Assembly: GCA_977017645.1 (NCBI GenBank)
Contig: OZ360227.1
Span: 148,118,001-148,182,000 of the forward strand
Direction: 5' to 3'
Length of the DNA stretch: 64,000 nucleotides
Origin: Torpedo marmorata
Taxonomy: Eukaryota
The first letter of the stretch is position 1. Every line of letters starts with the position of its first letter. Made by a program: the position numbers and the translations under genes. Below, piece by piece: positions 1 through 11,853 of the stretch. The notes under the pieces are model-generated. The model was not told the origin of the DNA and ran no database searches. It saw nothing but the letters and a program-made list of their open reading frames with translations.

Positions 1-510
1 CAGTAGCCAACCATTTCAATTCCGAGTCACACTCCCACGCTCACATGTCTGTCCATGGCCTTATGTACTATCCCACCCAGACTACCCTCAAATTGGAAGA
101 ACAACATCTCATTTTCTGTCTGGGCACTCTCCAGCCAGATGGCATTAACATTGACTTTTCTGCTTTCCACTAAACCTGCTTGTCTTTTCCTTCCCCTCCC
201 CCCTCACCTGTCCTTCCTGTTTTTTTCCACCCACCCAGCCATCCCTCCTCCCCCTCTTTGCTGCTGTCCCCTCCCTCCTTTCTCCTCCTATCATCTCCTG
301 CCTTTGCCACCCCCCTTCCCCCCCTCACTCTTTTGTTCGGACGCCTGCCGGCATTTTCTCATACTTTGATGAAGGGCTCAAGCCCGAAACGTCGGTTATG
401 TATTTCTACCTTTGCTACATAAAAGACTCTGTTTGACCTGCTGAGTTTCTCCAGCATTTGTGTTTTTTACTTTAACCACGGTGTCTACAGATTTTCGTGT
501 TTTACTTCTG
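1..510 (+). mobile_element. Penelope-like element, 3' part (GIY-YIG endonuclease C-terminus plus terminal repeat with hammerhead motif)
   Basis: Translates as VANHFNSESHSHAHMSVHGLMYYPTQTTLKLEEQHLIFCLGTLQPDGINIDF; near-identical to the inverted copy at 34965-35480. Confidence 0.85.
360..400 (+). ncRNA. Minimal type I hammerhead-ribozyme-like motif in Penelope terminus
   Basis: TTGATGA-A-GGGC(TCAA)GCCC-GAAA-C-GTC, with stem I between CATACT (360-365) and GGTTATG (394-400). Confidence 0.65.
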
Positions 511-1424
511 TTTGTTTTTGACTTGTTCTACTTTTGAGGAGGATATTAACTTCCAGCAGAGGGCACTGGATGCCCTGTTATAGATGTGAACTTCCCAGAT
601 GGAAATGCAAGATGCTTGTGATTTGATTGCTCTGGAAATTGTAAGTAATTAAAATGGTAATATGTGGGAAGCTGCCATAATTTTGTTCTGGTTATGTATG
701 CAATGCATGGATATACCTTGTAAAATGATTTAAGCATTTAACGTGCTGCTTTTTACACACAAAATAAAATGAGTCCAATAAACCAACCCTCATGGCATCA
801 ACATTGAAATGATGCCTGGCTTTCTAAAAAATGATGTGCTTATTTCCTACAAGATCTACTGAGATCAATGCACATAACGGACAGCATTCTGAGCAGAAAT
901 ATGCAGCCTCGTATATGATGACACATTCTCCTAAGATTATAGGTGAGGAAATTCTTATCGAAAGGGTCAACATAGGAGAAAGATCACAAACACATTTGGA
1001 GGTTTAAGAAGCAATCCAGTGAGCTACACCTCGAGAGCCACAGGAGGTTTAATGATCTCATAAGCATGGCCAAGTTAAGTGAAAGCTTCGTCCAAGTTAA
1101 TCTGTCAGCAATTGCTCAATTACACACACATCTTCCATACATCACACCTCCAAAAGAAAGTACATCAATTCCCTTACCTAACAAAATTTACACCAATCAC
1201 TGCTCCTGTCTTGCATTCATATACTTCATGAGACACACGTACATATAATTTCTCCCATAGTTACACCTACATCTGGTCATTTACACAGCCTATGAACCAT
1301 TCACCCATGCAAGGCACATCGTGGCAGATTCATTCCCAAGCACTCACTTACTTCCTTCTCTCTCTTGCTTCTTATTGACTACCACTCTATTGATCATGGA
1401 GTTGTATACCAAAAGAAACTGTAT

Positions 1425-1720
1425 AGCCCAGTGACAATGCCAGTAGTGAAGATGTCGCTCAGCTCCAGCAACCTGGGTTTGATTCTGACCTCTGATACTG
1501 TGTGTGAGGAGCATGCATATTCTCGCTATGACTGAATGGTTTTCCCCTGGTTTGCTCCCACATACCAAAGACTTACTAACTTTATGTTAAGTTGCTCCTA
1601 GTGTAAAGGGTGACAGGAGAATCAGGGCTGGAATTAATGGGGATGGGAGACAGCATAGGTTACAGAGAAATAAGTGGAGGAAGGGATTGATGTGATTGCT
1701 ACGAGTCAGCATGGAATGAA
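1425..1720 (+). mobile_element. Degenerate tRNA-derived V-domain SINE
   Basis: B-box-like GGGTTTGATTC followed by a decayed V-domain (tgtgtgaggagcatgcatattctc...ggtttgctcccacatacc). Confidence 0.55.
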
Positions 1721-2239
1721 TATCATCAGGAAATATGGGAAGAGGAGATACTGTGCCTTGCAGTGAAGTAAAGATCTCTGAGAGATCATGGTGTGATCAT
1801 ATTGCAATTCCCTGTTTACATTCTTCTTCCACTACTGCCCATATTTTCTTCTGGCTTACAAAATTCAGTGATTTAAAATTACTGCTCTTGCATGACCTCT
1901 TCCTCCATCATGTCCATAGATTTGAACCTTTCTCCTTTCAGACAGCCAAGACAATCCACCTCAACAGGACAGGGTACTGAGCAGTTTAAATCTGTGAGTC
2001 ACTTTGTCCTTTCATCTGACACTGTTTGGCCTGCTGTAGATCGCTCAGGGGCAGGATCTGCAGTTGGTAGGTCATGGTTCATGACTAACCTGCAGACAGT
2101 CCAAGGAAAATAGTTAGTCTTTCAACTTCCCTGAATGTGTGGTCATCTGCAAGTTTTCCCCTGAGGACTGTGTGGTATGCATACTATACAGTATACATGT
2201 ATGTAGACACACACAACATACAGGGATCCTTGCAAACTT

Positions 2240-3014
2240 TCAAGTAGTGCTAGTAGTCCAGCCGCCCAGTCGTCTGCCGTCGGTTCTGCACGGGCTTTGA
2301 ACGGCCCGTTAAATGAGCCGACGGTGGTTTTATTTGAGATCCCACAACCGCGGGGTCTGCGCCCAAGATGGCAGCGCCTAATAATCGGCAGCAGCCACGA
2401 GGGGCTGCAGACTCCGGGGAAGCGGGGGACTGGAGCAGGGCAACAGTGGACGGGAAGATCACCCCCGTCTGAGAAGGAGAAGCGGAGGAGACGACCCACG
2501 GGACGGTGAGCACAGCGGCAGACCGGTGAGGGGCTCTGAGGCTGAAGGACCAGTGCATGCGGCGAGCTGCTGGCGACTCGAGGTGAGGAACCCGCGGAGG
2601 CTGTGGGCTGCTGGAGACTGCTGTCGGGGGACTCACGACGGGCTGCGGACTGCTGGAGGTTGGCTCGAACTGGCTGGAGGAGTACCAGGTATAGGAACCG
2701 GGATGTGAGGGGGTGCCGAGGGCGACCTGACCATGTTGGAGGTTCGGATCTGGAGCTCGGGATGCCGATTGTTTGGACTGGACTCTGTGTGGCTGCGGAA
2801 GCGCTGGAGGCGAATCTATGGACACTCGGTGACTCTGGGGGGACTCTCTTTTGCTTCTCTTTCTCTGACTGTAAGGAATGTTAGAGGCGCTTAGGCAATT
2901 TCTGCCGATGGCGAATCTGTCTGCCGCAGCAGGCAAAAAGAAATTTCGTGGTATATGACACTGTCTTATTGCTGTGACAATAAATTGAATCTTGATCTTG
3001 AATCTTGATCTTGA
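2240..3014 (+). mobile_element. GC-rich non-autonomous retroelement with Rex1-type 3' tail
   Basis: Ends in AATAAA plus (TTGAATC/TTGATC)n; internal segment aligns by eye with the inverted copy at 23582-24550; no RT coding. Confidence 0.65.
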
Positions 3015-4384
3015 TGTTACGATCAAATATTGCAATTGCTTAGTGCATAGTGACCTTAGTGAATAAAAATTCAACACTATGTGATTCAAAGTCTACCCAT
3101 GACTGTTAAAAAGAATGATGTCAGTGCAATTACATTTCTTTCTAATTTGTTCAGCAAGGGCCTCACCAAGGTCTGAATATTTTCATAGATGTTGTGCGGT
3201 TTGTCACACTCAACAATTGCTGCAAGATGTAGAAACAACATTATGGATGTTTTGAAACTGTTGCCTTTTTTTCATGTGCTACAAATACTGTTTAATTCTA
3301 CGTAAATAACATCTGTGCAGGTTAGCTATTATACCAGTGGATGAAAGCATGTAATGTTACAAAGCCTGAATACAGCACATGTGATGTGGTAGGGCTCAGG
3401 ATGGATGTGATATTGTCTCTGCATTCACACGCTCTCCAACTGTGAGTGTGATGAAAGAGAAAAGGGAAAGAACTTGTATTTACTCAGGGCCTAACTGCTC
3501 AGGCCATCCCAACGCACCTTATCGCCTTTGGAGTATTTTCTTTGAGGTGCATCATTGCTGGAGTGGAGGAAGTGCAGTGTACACCAATCTCCAATCAACA
3601 TTATGAAAATAATAAAATAATTGTTTCAGCGATGTTGGCTGAGGGTGAAATAATGGCCAGAATACCATGACGAATTCCCCTGCACTTATTCAATTCATAC
3701 AATATTTGTTGCATTCACCTGAAAAAGACAGAGACTCGGTTTAATATCCCATCCAAAATGTGAGATCATTTCATGGTTCTTCTTAACCAATTTGACAGTG
3801 ATGTCCCATCTCCTCCCTATCCTCACAACTCTGATCACTATTTCCTTCAATCTACCTCTGATGGAAAAAAAAATCTTCATCAGATTTTGTTCTTAGATTA
3901 AAGTTCATTTGTTTTGGTTTTGCATCATTGTAGGGGTGCAGAAAATTAGGATACCTTTCAATGACACAAACTTGTTCTCACGTGTTATTATATTACAGCT
4001 TAATTGCATCAACCTACCCTCAGTTGCATAACTTGAAGCACAAATGATGAGTTAAAACAAGGACTTTCACTCTGGCTTTTTGCTGTGCTGGGAGGGTAGT
4101 GCCAGTCAATGTTTGGTGCATGTACCGTCATTCACATTCTTGCACAAAACATAATGTCTTTTTGGATTAGACATTATGTATCTTTATCTTTGTTATGTAA
4201 AGTACTCTGTCTGACCTGCTGAGTTTCTCCAGCATTGTGTTTTTACTTCAATCACGGTGTCTGCAGACTTTTGTGTTTTACTCCGTGGAAATCTCATATA
4301 CTGTACATTGGGTTTAAACAGCTTCTACGACTCCACTTACAGTATACCCGCAAAGGCTGATTTGCTACTTCCCACCAACCAAAT

Positions 4385-4640
4385 TAAATTTTAATTTTTA
4401 AAATTTTAATTCATTTTTTTTAGAGATACAGCAGCCACTTCCAACCCACGAGCACGTGCCACCCAAATATACCAATTAACCTACAAACCTCATATGTTTT
4501 TGGAGGGTGGGAGGATACCGGAGCACCCGGAGGAAACCAATGCAGACACAGGGAGAATGTCCAAACCCCATACAGGCAGTGCTGGATTCGAACCAAGGTC
4601 GCTGGTGCTGTAATAGGGTTGCGCTAACTATGCTGCCCAT
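4385..4640 (-). mobile_element. tRNA-derived V-domain SINE (HE1-like)
   Basis: Reverse complement matches the SINE at 21428-21710 (B box GGTTCGAATCC, V domain, TTTAAAA tail). Confidence 0.85.
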
Positions 4641-5352
4641 AAAATTTATAGATTTTTATGGATTAATATATCACTGGTGAGGTTATGCCAGTGCCAGTTC
4701 TTTACTCCAATTTGTTCCATCCCCTGATCATTTTCCACAGCATTGCAAATTTTTCTTTTTCATTTATTTATTCAGTTTATATGTTAATATTATTATTGAA
4801 TGTGCTTACTCCAACTATTCTTGCAGCATACTCCCCATCCATAGAACCTAATTGAAAACAAAATTATCATCATCTCCTTCTCTGGCATGTACTCCTTAAG
4901 TCAGTGTCTTGTGATTACCAACCTTCTTTGCAACAGTTTCCCCTTTGTCACTCTAACAAATAATATTGCACGCATTTACATTAAGGCGCATTTATATTGT
5001 TTTCATTCAAACAACTTCTCTGTTCTCAGGAGAATAAACCTTATTTCCCTGTAATTTCTTCATTCAACTGAAGTCCCTCATTCCTTGCACCTTTCTAGTA
5101 AAACGCATAGCCTGCATCAGTTAAACAGCCATTGCTTACAGTAATAGTCTCCCCAATTCTTTCTGTCGTGGAATTGTTGTAATATTGTCACAATCCCACT
5201 GCAAACAAAAACTTGCCTTGGGACCTCTCAAACCAGTCCATGATCAACTCTATGAACTACTTCTACTATAATAATTAAATTGTAAACTAAACCAGTGCAT
5301 GAGTGGTCAGTCTTCCAAGATTGAACAAGTCTCCAGGAATTGATAAATTCTT

Positions 5353-7790
5353 TCAAGTTCAAGTTCAAGTTTATTATCATTCGATTGTACAAGTACGAAA
5401 CAGCATTCTCCGATCCTCGGTGCAAAAACATGCAGACACACATACAGACATAACACACATACAAACAACAATGATAAAGTGTTTTGAAAGGCTTGTGTTG
5501 AAGCATATCAACTCCTGTCTGAGCAGCAACATAAATCCGTTCAAATTCGGCTATCATGGCAACAGGTCTATAGTGGATGCCATCTCACTAGCTCTACACA
5601 AGCCCTAGAACACCTATTCAGCAAAGATGCATTCATCAGGATGCTCTTTATCGACTACAGTTCAGCATTTAACACCATCATTTCCTCAAAACTGATCAGC
5701 AAACTCCAAGTCCTGGGACTAAGCACCCCACTGTGTAATTGGTTCCTGGATTTCCTCACCTCCAGACCACAATCAGTGAGGATTGGTAAGAACATCTCTT
5801 CCACAATCTCCATCTGTACTGGAGCACAACAGGGCTGCGTTCTTATCCCCCTGCTCTACTCACTTTACACCTACGACTGTGTGGCTCAGTACGACAATAA
5901 CACCATCTACAAATTTGCCAACAATACTACGGTAGTGGGTTATATAAAAAAAAGGCAATGAGTCAGCATACCAGAGGGATATTGAAAACTTGGTTGAATG
6001 GTGCACTTAATGTCACCAAAACCAAGGAACTGATTGTTAACTTCAGGAAGGCAAAACCAGAGGTATACGATCCAGTGATCATTGGGGGATCAAAGGTGGA
6101 GAGGGTGATCAAATTTAAGTTCTTGGGAGTCACTATCTCAGAGGATCTTTCCTTGACCCAACATACTAATGGTATCATGAAGAAAGCACGTCAGCGCCTC
6201 TACTTCCTCAGCAGTTTGCGGAGGTTTGGTATGACACCAGTAACCCTGGCAAATTTCTACAGATGTGAGGTGGAAAGTGTGCTGACCGGCTGCATCACGG
6301 TCTGGTATGGGGACACTAATACCCCTGAGCATAAAGCCATCCAAACGATAGTGGACACAGCCCAGGACATCACAGGCAAAACTCTCCCACCATCGAGAAC
6401 ATCTACAGGGAACGCTGCCGTCAAAGAGCAGCACAATCACCAAGGTTCCACACCACCCAGCACACGCTCTGTTCTTGCTGCTACCATCAGGAAAGAGTTT
6501 TAGGTGCAACAAGTCTTGCACCAACAGGTTCAGGAACAGTTGCTACCCCTTCACCATCAGACTCCTCAACAACAAACTCAATCAGGGACTCATTTAAGGA
6601 CTCTTACTTTTGCACTTTATTGATTTATTTAAATTCTCTCTGAATTGCATGGTCAGTTTGATTACATTTCTTTATTGGTTTACATGTGTACATTGTGTAG
6701 ATTTTTTTTTGCATTACCAATAAGTGGTAATTCTGCCTCGACAGCAGGAAAAATAATCTCAGGGTTGTATGTGATGTACTCTGACAATTAATCTGAAATC
6801 TGACAAACGATACAAATGCAATTCGAATATACAAATAAAAATATAAATAAATATTGCTGAATAAATAGTAGAGTCTCAGAGCTGGTCATTCAGTCATTCA
6901 CCAGTCTGCCCGTGGGAAGAAGCTATTTCTCAGCCTGGTGGTTCTGGCTCTGATACTCCTGTATCTCTTTTCATACCTCTTTAAACAATGATCCCAGTAA
7001 ATCCCATTGATAGGGGGAGAGAGACCCCACTGTTACTCTCTGCCGCTCTTATGGTCCTGTGGATTGACCTCGATCCAATGCTCTACAGTAACATAACCAC
7101 ACTGTGATGCAGCTGGCCAGCATACTTTTTATAGATCTTCTTTAGAAAGTTGATGGGATCGTGGCCGGTAGCCTTGCCTGCACAGTCTTTTCAGAGAGTG
7201 GTCACTTTTGCACCTTCCTGACAGGTGAGGAGATATTGTATGTCCAGAATAGATCACTTGTTAAGTGGACTCTGAGGAACTTGGTGCTCTCTACTCTATG
7301 CACTCCCGAGTTATTAATGTGTAGTGGAGGGTAGTTGTTCCTGGTCCTCTTGAAGTCCACAATCATCTCCTTTGTCTTATCCACGGTGAGAATCAGGTTG
7401 TTATTCTCGCACCATATCACAATATTTTCCACCTCTTCTCTGTAGTGCGACTCATTATTGTTGCTGATGAGGCCAATTACTGTTGTGTCATCTGCAAACT
7501 TGACCCTGTTGGAGCTGGAGCTGGTGTTGCAGTCATGGATCAGTAACGTGAACAGGAGCGGGCTGAGCACACAGACCTGAGGTGCACCAGTGTTCAATGT
7601 GATGGTGCTCAACATTCTGCTGCTGACCCGAACAGACTGTGGAAGTTAGGACTTCCATTAGGAAGTCCAGAATCCAGTTACAGAGAGGTGTGTTGACTCC
7701 CACCGAGGACAGCTTCTCCACGAGCCTCTGCAGAATGAATGTATTAACCGCCGAGCTGAAGTCTTCAAAACACTGCATGTAACCTGATGA
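5353..7790 (-). mobile_element. Rex1/Babar-type LINE, 5'-truncated, interrupted by a second LINE at 5469-6802
   Basis: RT remnants in ORFs 7202..7615 and 7533..7841 ([17 protein letters not shown]); (TTGAAC)n tail at 5353-5370; 3'UTR resumes at 6803; same family as 11041-11853. Confidence 0.82.
5469..6802 (+). mobile_element. Rex1/Babar-type LINE, 5'-truncated, degraded RT
   Basis: [39 protein letters not shown]; frameshifts; (TCTGAAA) tail; approximate TSD acaaacaa/acaaacga. Confidence 0.88.
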
Positions 7791-8489
7791 AGGCAAATAA
7801 AAAAATATGGCCTCTAAATTTTCATGCCCCCTCAGTCTCATGTAAGAATGTAGGAACAGGAATGGACCATTTGGCTCCTCAACTCTGCCCTGCTATTCAC
7901 CATGATCATCTGCTCCATGCCACTTCTCTTTTGTCTTTGATTAGCTGAGCACACCCACAATGATCTTGCCTCCACAGCCCTCCGGGTAGAGAATTTCAGA
8001 GACCAAGCAGGTTGTGGGCACCCTGCTGCATTAGTGAGGAAGGGAGGCACAGGAGAGGTGGTGTCTAGATTGGGTAGATTGTCCAAATGTTAATGGATTA
8101 CAGAGTTGGAGATCACTGCCTCCATCACCAACCAGCCTCAGGTGGAACCACTGTGTAACTTCAAAAAAACAAAAGTTAGAAGTATGTTCTGGTGATAAAG
8201 ACCTGAGCTTGTTAAATTGATGAAAATTTATTGCATTTATTATAACTGTTTTTCTTTGAATATTTTTTCAAAGTGTAAAATTTGCAAAAACTTAGAACCA
8301 AATACTAAAGCTATTTCTGCCTCAGGAAACTAGTCATTTATCTCCCAAGGATAGGCAATGGGAGTCCCCGTCTCTTCTGCACTCTTGTCCAGTAATTTAA
8401 GATGAGAATTAAAGTCAATGGAGCAGCGTATATAGTAACCAAGTGTAAGTTTGACTTGATGACACAAGAGATTGCCAAAGCTGGTATCC

Positions 8490-9220
8490 AGAGCACAAAA
8501 CAAATTGCTGAAGAAAATCAATGGGTCAGGCAGCATCCATGAAGGAGATTCAACATTTTGGTTCAAAAATCTGCTTGATGTTGATTGTCCATTTTTCTCC
8601 ATGGATGCTGACTGACCTGCTGAGTTCCACCAGCAGTTTGATTTTTGCTGAAAAATTGAACTGAACGTTGAATGGAGGGAATGGGAGAACAATGGGTGGA
8701 ACAAAAATAATATCATTGCTAAGACTTGATAATTAATGTGTCAGTTGAGTGGCAGTTAAAATTAGATGAGCTTGTTTGTTGAATGCCTTTCTTTTGGTGA
8801 AGTGATAGGACATGCCCAACAAACCCAACAAAATAGAAAAGGAATGGATTATCTAAAGTTCGATCATTCAATTTTGAGTTCTGAAGGCTGTAATGCACCC
8901 ACATGGAAAATGAGGTGTTGTTCTCTAAGATTACTTTGGGCATTGTTTTAACAGTGCAGGTGGTCAGACATAAAGGTGAGCATGGGTGTTGGATTATGAA
9001 CTGAAGTGCCAAGTAACTGGAAACTCAGGGTCACTCCTGTGGATTGAGCACAAGTTCTATGCAAATTGATCACACAATCTGCTTTTGCTTTCTCCACTGG
9101 GGAGGAAGTCACAAAATGAACAGTGAATGCATTAGACTAGGTTGGAAGAAGTGCGGGTGAATTGTTGCTTCACCTGTAAAGACTGTTTGGGAAGAGGTGA
9201 AATGTTAGTGTTGCACCTCC
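8490..9220 (-). mobile_element. Old Penelope-like remnants: fold-back terminus (8490-8650) and GIY-YIG fragment
   Basis: Inverted pair of terminal motifs (ggtcaggcagcatccatg / catggatgctgactgacc); decayed 'EQHLIF'-type coding segment near 8900-8930. Confidence 0.55.
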
Positions 9221-11040
9221 AGTATAACTCAATGTGTCGCCAGTTCTTTTTCAAAAGAAAATCTAGCTATTGATAAGAGTGTGTAAGAGAATGAACATGG
9301 TGAATTGGAACCTTTCCTGTCCACTCTGTTTTGACATTGGATTGGTAACGCAATTAATGAAACAGTGCAGAAGTACTGATGAGTGACTACTTGAAAATGA
9401 CATCAAAGTGGAATTCTTTCTTCTGCAGTGAAATAAGTTAACTCAACATTGAGAGATTACAGTAAGCTTAATTTACCACTGACAATAGGAAAGGTTTCTT
9501 TCTACCACTCCTTCCTATGCTCACTCATGAAAGTCTCAAGAGTACATCTTCCAATAATTTGATGAGACACAACTCCCAGCAAATAATTCAATTCATTTCA
9601 CTGATTCTTGTCACTGAGCGATCTACCTGCTGACATCTGCTTGCAGTTCCAACCTCTGACTGCAATAACTGTCCAGAATGTAGTTCCCAACCTGTATGCC
9701 ACTATTGTTCCGACTGTAGGCCATAAGCTCATTGTAGTAAATCTGTTCTGATCGTGGTCAGTAACCTGACTTCAGTAACACTGTGCTGACTGCAGCCCCT
9801 GTCCTGACTGCACTGACAAGTTTGTCTTTGGACTAATGTATCACCCATTAGTTTTATCCATACTCCATACCTCCAGTCTCATTGTTTGAATAGCTTTATC
9901 CATCAAAATGTTCTCTATTACAACTCTGAAAATTCTAGAACAATTACAAGAGTCAATTGACTTGATTAATGCCATTCATAAGCTGCAGAAGAGAGAAAAC
10001 AGATTTTCAAACCTGGTTCTTAAATTCAGTTCATAACCTCAAACAGACCAATGCATGAGCACTGTGGGAGCAAAGGGGCACAGGTGAATTCAACTTGAGA
10101 CTGAATTCACATGTTTAGCATGAGGATCCAAAGATACCATTTTCATCATCCAGGTGCTTTCCCAACAAAGAAGAGAGTGGATGTTGGTGATGTAGTACCA
10201 AATGATATTGTGGTGGAGAAGCTGTTGACAATCTGACTCATTCTGGTAGCGATGCATTCTGTGGGGGAAGAAAATGGGAAGTGATGTTATTTTTTCTTAT
10301 TTGATCCTAAAGGATAAATTAAAGTACAGAGGTATTATCCCAATGAACACAAGCAGTAATTTAATTACATTTCACAGTATCACCGATAAATATATACAAC
10401 GTATAACAATGCACTCTGTTGTTTGCAAGCATGGATATTTGAACCACTTGTATTAAATCTTGGGTTTGAGCTGAAAGCATGTTTAATGGCAACAAAACAA
10501 AAGTAATGGGCTCACTGATTCTCTCCTGACTTCAGTGCATCATTGAAAGGAATATTTAAGATTTATCATAAATATTCCACACACAAAGCTGGTCACTGTT
10601 GATTTATGATGTTGTTATACTTACATTTGTTGAGACAGATGTTTCATTGTGCTGTGATTGCTGGTTGCCATGCCCAGGAGCACATGGCATTTTCCAGCAC
10701 AGACCTGGACACCCAGCTCCCAGCACTTTGGCTTTGGGTTGAATATCCACAAAGGCTCCTCCTTAACTCACTACCTCTTGCTTTACCAACTGTTAGCACG
10801 TCCACTGTCATTGAATAGTCACGTATGCCTTGAGTACAGTTTACAGTTACTGATTAGAAATTGTGCCTGGCCTGCAGGATAAAGAATCTTAGAGTTGTAT
10901 GTGATGTCATGTATGTACTCTGACATACATTTGAACTTTGAACTTTAAATTTAAACTTTGAACATTTACAAATATTCAGAAGTACTTGAAATGTATCAAA
11001 AAATAAAAAGTTAAAGCATTAAAATTATTTATTAAAAATT

Positions 11041-11853
11041 GTCAAGTCAAATCAAGTCAAGTTTATTGTCATCTGACTGTGCAAGTACAACCCAGCGAAA
11101 CAGCATTCTCCGGTCCTCGGTGCAAAACATGCAGACACACAACCAGACATAACACACATACAGACAAATAATACATGTGCAGGGCAAGTATTATATGATA
11201 AAAATAAATAAATAAATATTGTTTTGTACAAATGAGAGTCTCGGATGTTTAGAGTGAGCAGTTCCTTTGGTCGTTCAGCATTCGCACTGCCCTTGGAAAG
11301 AAGCTGTTCCTCAACCTGGTGGTGCTGGCTCAGAAACTCCTGTATCTCTTCCCTGATGGGAGCAGCTGAAAGATGCTGTTTGCAGGGTGAAGGGTGTCCT
11401 CAATAATTTTGCGTGCCCTCTTCAGACAACGATCCCAGTAGATCACGTCAATGGGGGGAAGGGAGACCCCAGTGATCCTCCCTGCCACTCTTATGGTCCT
11501 GTGGATTGACCTCCGATCCATTTCTCTGCAGCATCCATACCACACTGCGATGTAGCCGGCCAGGACGCTCTCGATAGAGCTCCTACAGAAGGTTGACATA
11601 ATGGTGGCCGGTAGCCTTGCCCGCCTCAGTCTTCTCAGGAAGTGCAGTCGCTGTTACACCTTCCTGACAAGTGAGGAGATGTTGAGTGTCCACGATAGGT
11701 CACTAGTTAAGTGAACTCCAAGGAACCTGGTGCTCTCCACTCTCTCTACTATAGAGTTGTTGATGTGTAGTGGAGGGTGGTCGTTCCTGGTCCTCCTGAA
11801 GTCATCTCCTTCATCTTGTCTACATTGAGACTCAAGTTGTTACTCTCGCAACA
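11041..11853 (-). mobile_element. Rex1/Babar-type LINE 3' fragment
   Basis: ORF 11330..11599 (FCRSSIESVL...LLPSGKRYRS); (TTGAC)n tail at 11041-11062. Confidence 0.88.

Noticed and set aside
2250-3089. 279-aa minus-strand ORF as a novel gene
   Set aside because: Low-complexity Ser/Pro text from a GC-rich repeat with a second diverged copy in the window; no domain; non-ATG start.
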